DNA of 48,409 nt from the IMG/VR virus record IMGVR_UViG_646564533_000016; one strand, written 5' to 3'. The DNA comes from a virus. Taxonomy: Duplodnaviria > Heunggongvirae > Uroviricota > Caudoviricetes. The notes beneath the pieces are model-generated. The model did not search any database. It worked only from the letters and a program-made list of their open reading frames with translations, and was not told the origin of the DNA. The position numbers and the translations under genes were made by a program. This document shows, one piece after another, positions 1-9,554 of the stretch (position 1 is the stretch's first letter; every line of letters begins with the position of its first letter).

Positions 1-90
1 TTGCCTCCCCCCCGTTGATGGGTAAAATAGCCGCAATTTTTCGTTTTCAACAAGCGCGGCGCGATGCCGCTTACTCAAGAAGAAAGAATT

Positions 91-165
91 ATGACGTTGT
101 CTCCTTATTTGCAAGAGGTGGCGAAGCGCCGCACTTTTGCCATTATTTCTCACCCCAATAATTAA
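91..165 (+). pseudogene. prfC: 5' fragment of host prfC (peptide chain release factor 3) interrupted by prophage insertion
   Basis: ATG at 91 translates [22 protein letters not shown], matching the PrfC N-terminus as I recall it, then diverges (NN-stop) at about 157 where AT-rich phage DNA starts. Confidence 0.6.
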
Positions 166-385
166 GCCCAAATAAAAGCTCTTTTACTCTTTCAAAATCC
201 TTTCAATTAATTGAGTGATAATCATATAACTCATTTAATAACATGATGTTATGTGATTTCTTTGATTGAAAATTCTTTCATGTAACTTTAAATTGATCAG
301 GTTGCTTTCATCAAAAATCTGTACATGTGATTGTACATAATGTACAAAACAGCAGAGGTTTTTTGTTATTTGTACAAGGTGAGTA

Positions 386-1609
386 ATGGCGCTGTCTGAT
401 GCGTGGTTGCGTTCAGTCGTTGGAAAGGAACGTGATAAGGTTTTGGTTAAATCCGATCGTGATGGTCTGTCTGTTAGAGTATCACCGAAAGGTCGCGTAG
501 TGTTCCAATATCGTTATCAGTGGGCGGGGAAAGGTGAGCGTCTTGATATCGGAACTTACCCAGCAACTGGACTAAAAGAGGCCAGAGAAGAAGTTATCCG
601 TCTTCGTGGTGAACTCGAGTCAAACCGCAATCCACGATTGGTCAAGCTGGCAGAAAAACGTAAAGCTACTGAAGCCATGACGGTAGAATCTGTGATCCGT
701 GCTTGGTATGAAGCATATTGTGTAAAAAATAAAAAAGGTTCTGAACAGATACTCCGCTCGTTTGAGCTGCACCTGTTCTCTAAAATCGGGAATATCCCTC
801 ACGATGCAGCTACATTGCATGATTGGTTAGAAGTCCTGGAGCCTCTTAGCACTAAGACTCCAGCAATAGCAGACCGATTGCTAATTAACGCAAAGCAGGC
901 CCATGTCTGGGCGTATAAGAGAAAGCTCATTGAAACTCGCCCGCTGTCGGATATCACGGGTAAAGATATGGATATCCGTAAAGGTCAGAAGAAACGGTTT
1001 CTGACACATGATGAAATTAAAATCCTTTATGCTGCGATCGATGGTTCTCGAATGGTTCCTAAATACCGGGCCTTCATTAAACTATTGCTGCATTTTGGTT
1101 GCCGTAGTTCAGAGCTAATTACTGCCAAGGTGGACGATTTTGATTTCATTAATAAAATATGGACTGTACCACCAGAACGACATAAGACAGGGGATATAAC
1201 AGGCGAACCGCTAAAGCGGCCCATTATTGAACCGGTTGAAGAGCTTATAAAATACGTTATCTCTATGAACAACGGTTCCGATATGCTTTTTACTAAGGAA
1301 GGAAGCAGGGAACCAGTTGGTCGGACATCATTGCAGTCGCTGCCTTACAATTTAATGCAGTACGCATGGCGGCGTTTGGGGTATCAATTTCCTCATTGGT
1401 CTCTTCATGATTTGAGACGAACTGCACGAACAAACTTTTCTGATCTTACTGCGCCTCATATTGCTGAAATAATGCTCGGTCATAAACTGCCAGGTGTATG
1501 GCAAGTTTATGACAAGAGTGATTATCTAGAAGAACAGCGTAAAGCCTACCAGGCATGGTGGGAGAGAGTTGAATCGATTGTTACTTGTACTCGTTCAGGC
1601 TCGAAATGA
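386..1609 (+). CDS. Tyrosine site-specific integrase, P4/IntS-like
   Basis: 407 aa; N-terminal arm-binding-type region (MALSDAWLRS...GLSVRVSPKGRVVFQYRY) and C-terminal catalytic region (HDLRRTART...); RBS AAGGTGAG before ATG; lies next to the host junction. Confidence 0.93.
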   Translation: MALSDAWLRSVVGKERDKVLVKSDRDGLSVRVSPKGRVVFQYRYQWAGKGERLDIGTYPATGLKEAREEVIRLRGELESNRNPRLVKLAEKRKATEAMTVESVIRAWYEAYCVKNKKGSEQILRSFELHLFSKIGNIPHDAATLHDWLEVLEPLSTKTPAIADRLLINAKQAHVWAYKRKLIETRPLSDITGKDMDIRKGQKKRFLTHDEIKILYAAIDGSRMVPKYRAFIKLLLHFGCRSSELITAKVDDFDFINKIWTVPPERHKTGDITGEPLKRPIIEPVEELIKYVISMNNGSDMLFTKEGSREPVGRTSLQSLPYNLMQYAWRRLGYQFPHWSLHDLRRTARTNFSDLTAPHIAEIMLGHKLPGVWQVYDKSDYLEEQRKAYQAWWERVESIVTCTRSGSK

Positions 1610-1791
1610 TATTTTGCGTAGCTAGAACGCAATCAAATCTAGCAGTCCGCTTTGTTCGGAGTTCGGACATTATGAGTTGGCAAGTAAAGTAGCTTGCTAG
1701 GAAGCCGGATTTGCACGGTCGGTATAATAAGATGTAACCCCTTGCCTTCATTTACTCGAATGAACGTGCACATTGGATAGGAGGAAAAGGA

Positions 1792-4700
1792 ATGCAATTC
1801 ATTACCAACGGCCCTGATATTCCTGATGAGCTTTTGCAGGCGCACGAGGAAGGGCGCGTTGTGTTCTTCTGTGGAGCAGGCATTTCCTACCCTGCTGGTT
1901 TACCTGGTTTCAAAGGGTTGGTAGAACTAATTTACCAGAGGAACGGAACAACACTTTCAGAAATTGAGCGTGAGGTTTTCGAGCGTGGGCAATTTGACGG
2001 CACATTAGATTTGCTGGAACGGCGCTTACCAGGGCAGCGTATAGCCGTCCGACGCGCGTTGGAAAAAGCCCTTAAGCCAAAGCTCCGTCGTAGGGGCGCT
2101 ATTGATACTCAGGCGGCGCTGTTACGTTTAGCCCGTAGCCGCGAGGGTGCCCTTCGATTGGTCACTACCAACTTTGACCGTCTCTTTCATGTGGCAGCTA
2201 AACGTACAGGCCAGGCTTTTCAGGCCTATGTAGCGCCGATGCTGCCAATTCCAAAAAACAGCCGCTGGGATGGACTTGTATACCTGCATGGGCTGTTACC
2301 GGAAAAGGCGGATGATACTGCCCTGAATCGTCTGGTTGTTACCAGCGGTGACTTTGGCTTGGCTTATCTCACTGAGCGTTGGGCAGCTCGCTTTGTGAGT
2401 GAGTTATTTCGTAACTATGTGGTCTGCTTCGTTGGCTACAGCATCAACGACCCGGTACTGCGCTACATGATGGATGCGCTTGCAGCAGATCGGAGGCTCG
2501 GTGAAGTCACACCACAAGTATGGGCACTGGGGGAGTGTGAGCCGGGGCAGGAGCACCGGAAAGCCATCGAGTGGGAGGCCAAAGGGGTCACTCCTATCCT
2601 TTACACCGTACCGGCGGGCTCCACTGATCATTCAGTGCTGCATCAAACGTTGCACGCTTGGGCAGATACTTATCGAGATGGTATACAGGGCAAAGAGGCT
2701 ATAGTCGTCAAACATGCTCTGGCCCGCCCGCAGGACAGCACTCGTCAGGACGATTTCGTTGGTCGGATGTTGTGGGCCTTGTCAGATAAATCAGGTTTAC
2801 CAGCAAAACGCTTTGCGGAACTCAATCCTGCTCCGCCGCTGGATTGGTTATTGAAAGCTTTCTCGGACGAACGATTTAAATACAGCGATCTGCCACGCTT
2901 TTGTGTATCTCCGCATGTCGAAATTGACCCGAAACTCCGATTCAGTCTGGTTCAGCGTCCTGCGCCCTATGAGCTGGCCCCGCAGATGTCGCTGGTTTCT
3001 GGATGTGTCAGTGCTAGCAAATGGGATGACGTAATGTCCCATATAGCCCGTTGGCTAGTTCGTTATCTGGGCGACCCTAGGTTGATCATATGGATTGCTG
3101 AACGCGGCGGACAAATACACGACCGTTGGATGTTTCTGATTGAGAGCGAACTAGATCGCTTAGCAGCACTGATGCGGGAGCGTAAGACTTCTGAGTTAGA
3201 TGAAATTCTCTTGCATTCCCCCCTGGCTATTCCTGGTCCACCTATGTCTACTTTATGGCGGCTTCTGCTTAGTGGTCGTGTGAAATCGCCATTGCAGAAC
3301 CTGGATTTGTATCGTTGGCAAAACCGCTTAAAGAATGAAGGCTTGACGACTACATTGCGCTTGGAGTTACGCGAGTTGCTTTCTCCCAAGGTTATGTTGA
3401 GGCGGCCGTTTCGCTATAGTGAAGACGATTCGAGCAGCACTGATGAACCCTTGCGAATCAAGCAATTGGTGGATTGGGAGCTGGTGCTGACTGCTGATTA
3501 CGTACGTTCAACCCTGTTCGACCTTGCTGACGAGTCATGGAAATCGTCCTTGCCATACCTGTTGGAAGATTTTCAGCAGTTGTTGCGTGATGCACTGGAC
3601 TTGTTGCGGGAGTTGGGAGAGTCCGACGATCGTCACGACCGCTCGCATTGGGATTTGCCGTCCATCGCTCCGCACTGGCAGAACCGGGGGTTCCGCGATT
3701 GGGTGAGCCTGATTGAATTACTTCGGGATTCATGGTTAGCCGTTCGAGCCAAAGACAGCGATCAGGCCACGCGCATTGCTCAGAATTGGTTTGAGTTGCC
3801 ATATCCCACCTTCAAACGTCTGGCACTGTTTGCCGCAAGCCAAGACAACTGCATACCACCTGAGCGGTGGGTTAATTGGTTGTTAGAGGACGGTTCATGG
3901 TGGTTGTGGGCCACGGATACTGGGCGAGAGGTATTCAGACTGTTTGTTTTGCAGGGACGACATCTGACAGGAATTGCACAAGAGCGTCTGGAAACTGCTA
4001 TCTTGGCAGGGCCTCCGCGCGAGATGTACGAGGATAATTTGGAAGCAGACAGGTGGCATTATTTGGTGGCTCATTCCGTCTGGTTGTGTCTAGCGAAGCT
4101 CAGGGGAGCGGGCCTTGTTTTGGGAGAGTCTGCGGCTACACGTTTGACGGAAATATCCACAGCATACCCAAAATGGCAACTGGCAACCAACGAGCGTGAT
4201 GAATTCTCTCACTGGATGAGCGGAACCGGTGATCCAGGCTTCGAGGAGAGTATAGATGTCGACATTGCGCCCCGTAAGTGGCAGGAATTAGTGCAATGGC
4301 TCGCAAAGCCTATGCCAGAAAGACTGCCTTTCTATGAGGACACTTGGAGTGATGTTTGCCGTACGCGCTTTTTTCACAGTCTGTATGCGTTACGTAAACT
4401 ATCACAAGATGATGTGTGGCCTGTTGGTCGGTGGCGTGAAGCTCTGCAGACTTGGGCTGAACCAGGGATGATTTTGCGTTCGTGGCGGTACGCCGCACCG
4501 TTGGTGCTTGACATGCCTGACGCAGTACTTCAGGAGATTTCCCTCGCTGTCACTTGGTGGATGGAGGAGGCTTCGAAGACCATCCTCTGCCACGAGGAGA
4601 TTCTACTGGCCCTTTGTCGTCGGGTTCTGATGATAGAAACAAGCCCAGAGTCTAGCACCATTCGAAACGGAATTGAGACCTATGATCCTGTTTCTACGGC

Positions 4701-5619
4701 GATCAATCATCCCATTGGGCATGTCACGCAATCACTGATCACCCTATGGTTCAAACAGAACCCGAATGACAATGATTTGCTTCCTGTTGAATTGAAAACA
4801 CTTTTCACCAAATTGTGTAATGTACAGATAGAGCTATTCCGCCATGGTCGGGTGTTGCTGGGGTCGCGGCTGATCGCATTTTTTCGCGTAGATCGACCTT
4901 GGACCGAACAGTATCTATTGCCCTTGTTTGCTTGGAGTAATCCCGTCGAAGCAAAAGCTGTGTGGGAAGGCTTCCTCTGGTCGCCACGCCTGTATGAACC
5001 GTTGCTGATAGCTTTCAAGTCAGATTTTTTGGAGAGCGCCAATCACTATTCTGATCTTGGCGAGCACCGGCAGCAATTCGCTACTTTCCTGACTTATGCA
5101 GCTCTGGGCCCTACCGAGGGATATACCGTGGAGGAGTTCCGAACGGCAATTAGTGCTCTTCCACAAGAAGGTCTGGAGGTAGCCGCGCAGGCGTTATACC
5201 AGGCACTTGAAGGTGCGGGCGATCAGCGCGAGGAGTATTGGAAAAATCGTGTCCAGCCATTTTGGCAACAGGTTTGGCCAAAGTCCCGCAACTTGGCCAC
5301 CCCACGCATATCCGAATCGTTGACTCGTATGGTGATTGCTGCCCGAGGTGAATTTCCGGCGGCTTTGGCAGTGGTGCAGGACTGGCTGCAACCGCTCGAA
5401 CACCTTAGCTACGACGTTCGCCTTTTGCTAAAATCAGATATTTGCAGCCGATATCCTGCGGACGCTCTATCCCTGCTGAATGCCGTGATTGCCGAACAAC
5501 ACTGGGGGCCTCGAGAGTTGGGGCAATGCTTGCTTCAAATTGTTCAAGCTGCTCCACAACTGGAGCAAGATGTTCGTTATCAGCGATTAAATGAATATTC
5601 TCGAAGGCGCAGCGTGTGA
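1792..5619 (+). CDS. Large SIR2-domain protein (SIR2_2-type N-terminal NADase domain plus ~950-aa helical W/L-rich C-terminal region); candidate defence-associated sirtuin (DSR-like) effector
   Basis: 1275 aa; strong RBS AGGAGG 8 nt before ATG; N-terminal motifs VVFFCGAGISYPAGLP, VTTNFDRL, VYLHG, VGYSINDP typical of the SIR2_2 family; no Walker A motif found; sits between int and xis. Confidence 0.85.
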   Translation: MQFITNGPDIPDELLQAHEEGRVVFFCGAGISYPAGLPGFKGLVELIYQRNGTTLSEIEREVFERGQFDGTLDLLERRLPGQRIAVRRALEKALKPKLRRRGAIDTQAALLRLARSREGALRLVTTNFDRLFHVAAKRTGQAFQAYVAPMLPIPKNSRWDGLVYLHGLLPEKADDTALNRLVVTSGDFGLAYLTERWAARFVSELFRNYVVCFVGYSINDPVLRYMMDALAADRRLGEVTPQVWALGECEPGQEHRKAIEWEAKGVTPILYTVPAGSTDHSVLHQTLHAWADTYRDGIQGKEAIVVKHALARPQDSTRQDDFVGRMLWALSDKSGLPAKRFAELNPAPPLDWLLKAFSDERFKYSDLPRFCVSPHVEIDPKLRFSLVQRPAPYELAPQMSLVSGCVSASKWDDVMSHIARWLVRYLGDPRLIIWIAERGGQIHDRWMFLIESELDRLAALMRERKTSELDEILLHSPLAIPGPPMSTLWRLLLSGRVKSPLQNLDLYRWQNRLKNEGLTTTLRLELRELLSPKVMLRRPFRYSEDDSSSTDEPLRIKQLVDWELVLTADYVRSTLFDLADESWKSSLPYLLEDFQQLLRDALDLLRELGESDDRHDRSHWDLPSIAPHWQNRGFRDWVSLIELLRDSWLAVRAKDSDQATRIAQNWFELPYPTFKRLALFAASQDNCIPPERWVNWLLEDGSWWLWATDTGREVFRLFVLQGRHLTGIAQERLETAILAGPPREMYEDNLEADRWHYLVAHSVWLCLAKLRGAGLVLGESAATRLTEISTAYPKWQLATNERDEFSHWMSGTGDPGFEESIDVDIAPRKWQELVQWLAKPMPERLPFYEDTWSDVCRTRFFHSLYALRKLSQDDVWPVGRWREALQTWAEPGMILRSWRYAAPLVLDMPDAVLQEISLAVTWWMEEASKTILCHEEILLALCRRVLMIETSPESSTIRNGIETYDPVSTAINHPIGHVTQSLITLWFKQNPNDNDLLPVELKTLFTKLCNVQIELFRHGRVLLGSRLIAFFRVDRPWTEQYLLPLFAWSNPVEAKAVWEGFLWSPRLYEPLLIAFKSDFLESANHYSDLGEHRQQFATFLTYAALGPTEGYTVEEFRTAISALPQEGLEVAAQALYQALEGAGDQREEYWKNRVQPFWQQVWPKSRNLATPRISESLTRMVIAARGEFPAALAVVQDWLQPLEHLSYDVRLLLKSDICSRYPADALSLLNAVIAEQHWGPRELGQCLLQIVQAAPQLEQDVRYQRLNEYSRRRSV

Positions 5620-5786
5620 AAGTGACAGGCGTTGGACAGTGCGAACTGTGGAGCCTAACAAGGTAAAGACACTCTAACTGATAATGCTGCGCCGCTCGTG
5701 CAATGCAATACAGTTTTTATCTAGCGGTGAATTATGGTGTTAAAAGTTAGCCCCTGACACAGGGTGGGTAGTTGGCTCTGTGTCAT

Positions 5787-5824
5787 TGATGGGTATTAGT
5801 TCTGATATGAGCTAATACCCATCA
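5787..5824. repeat. Perfect 13-bp inverted repeat (TGATGGGTATTAG / CTAATACCCATCA) with 12-nt loop, between the convergent SIR2 gene and xis
   Basis: Read directly; a second shorter inverted repeat (TGACACAG / CTGTGTCA) lies just upstream at about 5752..5784; neither is followed by a U-run. Confidence 0.6.
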
Positions 5825-6016
5825 CTCAATAACTCCAGCAAACCTGTATATCTTGCGTGATGCCCATTTATTTGGGCAGGATTTAATATCAGGATCTGGA
5901 AAGTCAGGCCTGTATTTCTGGCCAGTTCTCCTGTTTACGCTGTTCCAGCGAAGAACGGTCGATACTGAAACGCCACAGAAGTCGGCGACTTGTTTAGTTG
6001 TCATTAAGTTGTTCAT
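5822..6016 (-). CDS. AlpA/Xis-family excisionase or DNA-binding regulator (HTH)
   Basis: 64 aa; TTKQVADFCGVSVSTVLRW...FPDPD pattern typical of AlpA/Vis/Xis partners of P4-type integrases; strong SD AGGAGGTGA; ATG overlaps stop of upstream gene (TAATG). Confidence 0.7.
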   Translation of the reverse strand: MNNLMTTKQVADFCGVSVSTVLRWNSVNRRTGQKYRPDFPDPDIKSCPNKWASRKIYRFAGVIE

Positions 6017-6636
6017 TACTTCACCTCCTGCGGTGGCTCCGGTAGCGGCATCCAGTGGGTTACTTTCGATGCCGGTTCTTCCCCATCGTCAGTAACTGCC
6101 CACCATTTGTTTCTCGACCAATCGTAATACCCTTCGAAGATATCGTACTCAGTCCAGCCGTAAGACTTACCCCAACACCAAACATATTGTTTATCGTTCG
6201 GCATTCGCTCACTACAGCTTATCCAACCATCCGGAGTTACCGGAGAGTTGCCAGACAGCTTGTTCAACTTGTAAGTCTGGCTTACAGGTTTGACACCGTG
6301 AAGCATGGTGGCGCGGCAGGCGTTCCAGCCTTCATCAAAACCGACTATGCCATTATTTAAAGTCGGACGAGCATCTGGCACCACCGGCACTGGCTTGGCT
6401 ATATATAGCGGCTGAACATACCAGCCCTTTGATAACCAACTGTCAGCAATGTTTTTACTCCTGGTTATTGCTGGAATACCTAAGCCATTGTCTGAATGTA
6501 GCCATGCCACCGGCTCCTCTTCCAGCGATGCCAGAGCAATTTCATAAGCACGGCGCTCAATATCGTCTCGAACCTCCAGGCTGCTGATACGCTCTTTGAT
6601 TTCTTTAATCAGTTCTTTATCGGTAAATGTGGTCAT
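6016..6636 (-). CDS. Phage early protein, DUF551-like C-terminus (THWMPLPEPP)
   Basis: 206 aa ORF in early-left operon; C-terminal W-rich motif shared with the next gene. Confidence 0.75.
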   Translation of the reverse strand: MTTFTDKELIKEIKERISSLEVRDDIERRAYEIALASLEEEPVAWLHSDNGLGIPAITRSKNIADSWLSKGWYVQPLYIAKPVPVVPDARPTLNNGIVGFDEGWNACRATMLHGVKPVSQTYKLNKLSGNSPVTPDGWISCSERMPNDKQYVWCWGKSYGWTEYDIFEGYYDWSRNKWWAVTDDGEEPASKVTHWMPLPEPPQEVK

Positions 6637-6998
6637 TATGCTCCAGCCTCCGGTGCTTTTGGCATTACTGCCCAGTGAGTGATATTGACGCTTTCAATGT
6701 CCCCGACCTGAAATGTCCACTGCCATTCTCCGGTTTCTTTTTGTCCCCAGGTGTACCAGAGAGAACGCCAGCCAATCAGCCAGCCTTCTCCGTTAGCATC
6801 AAATAACAGAACACTTTCATTTGCTGGTGGTAGTTCAGCTGACACTGGTATTATTTTGTTTTCCAGTGCCGCACATTTAGCTTCAAGCGCATCGAATTTA
6901 CGTACTAGGTACTCAGCATTTGTTTCGTTCACTTTCAGATCTCGCGGTACACATTTCCCGCGAAGAAACCCTTCCATTTCGAAAACATTCATGCGCAT
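6636..6998 (-). CDS. Phage early protein, DUF551-like (YfdS-like by size and position)
   Basis: 120 aa; C-terminal ITHWAVMPKAPE motif; start/stop overlap with neighbours. Confidence 0.7.
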   Translation of the reverse strand: MRMNVFEMEGFLRGKCVPRDLKVNETNAEYLVRKFDALEAKCAALENKIIPVSAELPPANESVLLFDANGEGWLIGWRSLWYTWGQKETGEWQWTFQVGDIESVNITHWAVMPKAPEAGA

Positions 6999-7525
6999 TT
7001 GCGTAACTCCGATAACTCGTTAAAACGTTCCATAAACATCCCGTAGGCATGGCCTGGAGCCAGTGGAATCACTTTGAACATCTCTGTTGCCGGGATACCT
7101 TCCAATACAGGCCAGAAAGAGCCATCATCAAGTCCGAGATCGCGGCGTTCGGTTGCCAGCATGATGAGATCGGCATATTTCACTGGCGTGCTCATAACAG
7201 GAGGTAACCCGTATTTCTCACGGATTACGGCGTCTATTTTTTCTTCCATCCGTTTATAGTCAGGAAGAAGGCGTTTCAGTGGTGCGGGGATGTCCTGGCA
7301 ATATGCTTCTGTTGCATCATGCATTAACGCTTCAAAAGCAAATTCCTGCGGTACCAGCTGGCTGCAAAGCACCGCATGTTGGGCGACGCTGTAGAAGTGT
7401 GAAAGATGTCCTGCAAAGCGACAGATATTTGAAAGGGAAACCGCGATATCGTTAATCACGATGTCGTCTTTATTTATCCTGTCATAATAAAAATGCTTCC
7501 CGGAAAAAGTTTTAATAAATGACAT
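6989..7525 (-). CDS. yfdR: HD-domain phosphohydrolase (YfdR-like 5'-deoxynucleotidase)
   Basis: H...HD motif (QHAVL...MHDATEAY); ATG at 7525 has SD GGAG and gives 178 aa; the ORF track's longer 7552 start is a GTG without RBS. Confidence 0.75.
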   Translation of the reverse strand: MSFIKTFSGKHFYYDRINKDDIVINDIAVSLSNICRFAGHLSHFYSVAQHAVLCSQLVPQEFAFEALMHDATEAYCQDIPAPLKRLLPDYKRMEEKIDAVIREKYGLPPVMSTPVKYADLIMLATERRDLGLDDGSFWPVLEGIPATEMFKVIPLAPGHAYGMFMERFNELSELRKCA

Positions 7526-7652
7526 TTTGTTCTCCACGTATATGCGCTGCACCGCGCTGAATTCTGGTAAAAGGAAGCCATCACCATCCGGCGATTATTG
7601 AGTAAATTATGTTTCCATAAATGCCCCCGCAGGGGCATTTGCAGTAATGAAA

Positions 7653-8477
7653 TCAGGCGGTGAAAGTACCAATAAAGGTTTCTACTTTGCTGTCTTTAAA
7701 TTTCTCAACAAGCAGATCACGAAATTCGTTAGCCATTTCTTCCTGCACCGCTTCCAGCTGAATAATGCGCAGAACCAGTACAGGACGATCGCCAGTGATA
7801 ATGCTGAGGCGTAATTTAAACGGACGTTCTTTAAGGCCTTCAAACGGAACGCATTTAAATTCAAATGCCACTGGCATAATGTCTTTAGTCTTCGCTTCGA
7901 CAGACTCCATCAGGGAGCGTTTGCCGCTGAAGTCATTATCTTCAAAATCAGCGGTCTGGTTTGCTTCAATCGTGATTTTACGGACCGCCGCAGCCGCTTT
8001 TGTTGCCTGAATGGTGTCACCATTAGCATCAAAGCCCACAAGGTAGTCGGCCCAGTCTTCAATCCATTCTGCCAGTGATTTCTGGGAGTTACGCTCGCCA
8101 TTAACAGACAACAGAGCAGAGAACGGTGCTGTCTTTTTCAGTTTGAGAGTGGCGGTGTTATCTGCGTGACCTGGTTCATCAATAGTACCCAGGTTAAGCA
8201 CACTGACGGCACGCATATTATCAGCATCGATAAAGCAGCGGGTGCCTTCATCTGCAAGATCTTTAGAATAACGGGTAAAGTCATCGATGCTGGCAGTGGA
8301 AAGCGCACCACGGAAACGGAAGCGATTTAAATTAAATTTTTCCAGATCATGAATGCGGAAATTCTCAGGCAATGCCACAGCATCGGCACCAATCTTACTG
8401 ATAATTTCATTAACACCCTGAGCAGAAATAAGGGCATGGATTTGATTAATTGCGGTTGCGTCTAAGTTCTGAGACAT
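7653..8477 (-). CDS. yfdQ: YfdQ-like phage protein (DUF2303 family)
   Basis: 274 aa, same size and position as CPS-53 YfdQ; family assigned from memory. Confidence 0.7.
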   Translation of the reverse strand: MSQNLDATAINQIHALISAQGVNEIISKIGADAVALPENFRIHDLEKFNLNRFRFRGALSTASIDDFTRYSKDLADEGTRCFIDADNMRAVSVLNLGTIDEPGHADNTATLKLKKTAPFSALLSVNGERNSQKSLAEWIEDWADYLVGFDANGDTIQATKAAAAVRKITIEANQTADFEDNDFSGKRSLMESVEAKTKDIMPVAFEFKCVPFEGLKERPFKLRLSIITGDRPVLVLRIIQLEAVQEEMANEFRDLLVEKFKDSKVETFIGTFTA

Positions 8478-8542
8478 AATAAGTCCTCACTATATAAAGA
8501 TATTCAGTGATGAGATAAATAATCAGTTAATTAAGAACGATA

Positions 8543-8905
8543 TTAATGACCTGCTGCGCGGAGTTTTCCGTCAGGTTCACCAGCAAGAGTCAGTAATTGT
8601 CCCTGGTCTTCCTGCAGAATAGTCAGGCGACCACCGCGATTGACATACATCGGCGTTTCGGTGGTGTCTTCTTCGGAAATTTTCCCGCGGTTAGTCGGGC
8701 GAACATACGAGAGTTTGTGTTTGATTTTCACACGATTCTCATCAAACGGTTCGATTTCCAGGTTGAGCGAGACCTTACCTTTGGTTTTCGTGTTCATCAC
8801 ACCGGAAGCGACTTCACTGAGAACTGCGCCGATTTTGGTTTCAAATACGCCGCCGTCCAGCTCCCCAATAAATGCCTGCACATCAGTACTGCGTTCGCTA
8901 GCCAT
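8543..8905 (-). CDS. Phage early protein (YfdP-like by size and position), first gene of the early-left operon
   Basis: Internal ATG at 8905 (MASERSTDVQAF...) with SD GGAG; 120 aa; the upstream extension to 9136 lacks an RBS. Confidence 0.65.
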   Translation of the reverse strand: MASERSTDVQAFIGELDGGVFETKIGAVLSEVASGVMNTKTKGKVSLNLEIEPFDENRVKIKHKLSYVRPTNRGKISEEDTTETPMYVNRGGRLTILQEDQGQLLTLAGEPDGKLRAAGH

Positions 8906-9513
8906 TTTGCTGCTCCTCATCATATCGACCCTGCAAGGTCGGTTGGTTTCTCCACAAAACGGAGAAGAACACCTGCGGTGGCAGCCGCCCGGATGGATTG
9001 GGTTATGAGCCCGTCGTCCGGTGATGCTCTTCTCTGTTTTGTAAAAAGAGCGGTACCAGCCGGAAGCAAGGGTACAAACTGGTACCGCCAAAGCAGTGGC
9101 TGTTGTGGTGGGGTTGTCACTCAGGCGTATGGTCAACCTGACAATCCGGTGTCCTCAACGGGGAAAGAGTAACCCCGCCATACTTACCGCCGCGCCATTT
9201 CGCGGATTACCACAACGCTGAGAGCACTTAGCCAGTTACGGCACCACACTTTGTCGCGGCTCCATAAATGCCCTCATCGTTGCACCCTGGTCTCTTCCCA
9301 GGCGTCAAACCGAATCGCCACGCTGGTTAGGCGTCTTATCAGCATCATCATTGACTTGCACATTCCGGCTACCTGGTTTGTTTGCCCGAGCAAGGAGTGG
9401 ATTGTCCCCTTTAACGTCCCCAGACCGCTAACGACGCATGTGCCATACGCCGTGTTACAACCAAATTTTGTTAGTACCTTGTTTGTTTGTCTGGAAAGAA
9501 AGATAAAATGAAG

Positions 9514-9552
9514 TTGCGCATTATGCAAGTGTTTTTGTTGCGAGATATGCAA
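9514..9552. promoter_or_regulatory. Putative left operator sites (two 15-bp TTGCG-N6-TGCAA half-palindromes) next to the cI terminator
   Basis: TTGCGCATTATGCAA (9514..9528) and TTGCGAGATATGCAA (9538..9552) resemble TTGCGCGTTAAGCAA in the cI-cro intergenic region. Confidence 0.45.
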
Positions 9553-9554
9553 TT

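Noticed and set aside
1-385. tRNA gene as the integration target at the left end
   Set aside because: No tRNA-like sequence (no T-arm GTTCGAATC-type motif or acceptor pairing) seen; the region instead encodes the PrfC N-terminus, so the att site is inside prfC.
1792-5619. Possibility that the SIR2 protein is a STAND/Avs-type or SIR2-HerA-type system
   Set aside because: No Walker A (GxxxxGK[ST]) motif anywhere in the 1275 aa and no adjacent HerA-like ATPase gene; a stand-alone DSR-like architecture fits better.
8597-9172. 191-aa and 122-aa plus-strand ORFs
   Set aside because: Antisense to the YfdP-like early gene and its leader; no RBS, and the early-left operon runs on the minus strand here.
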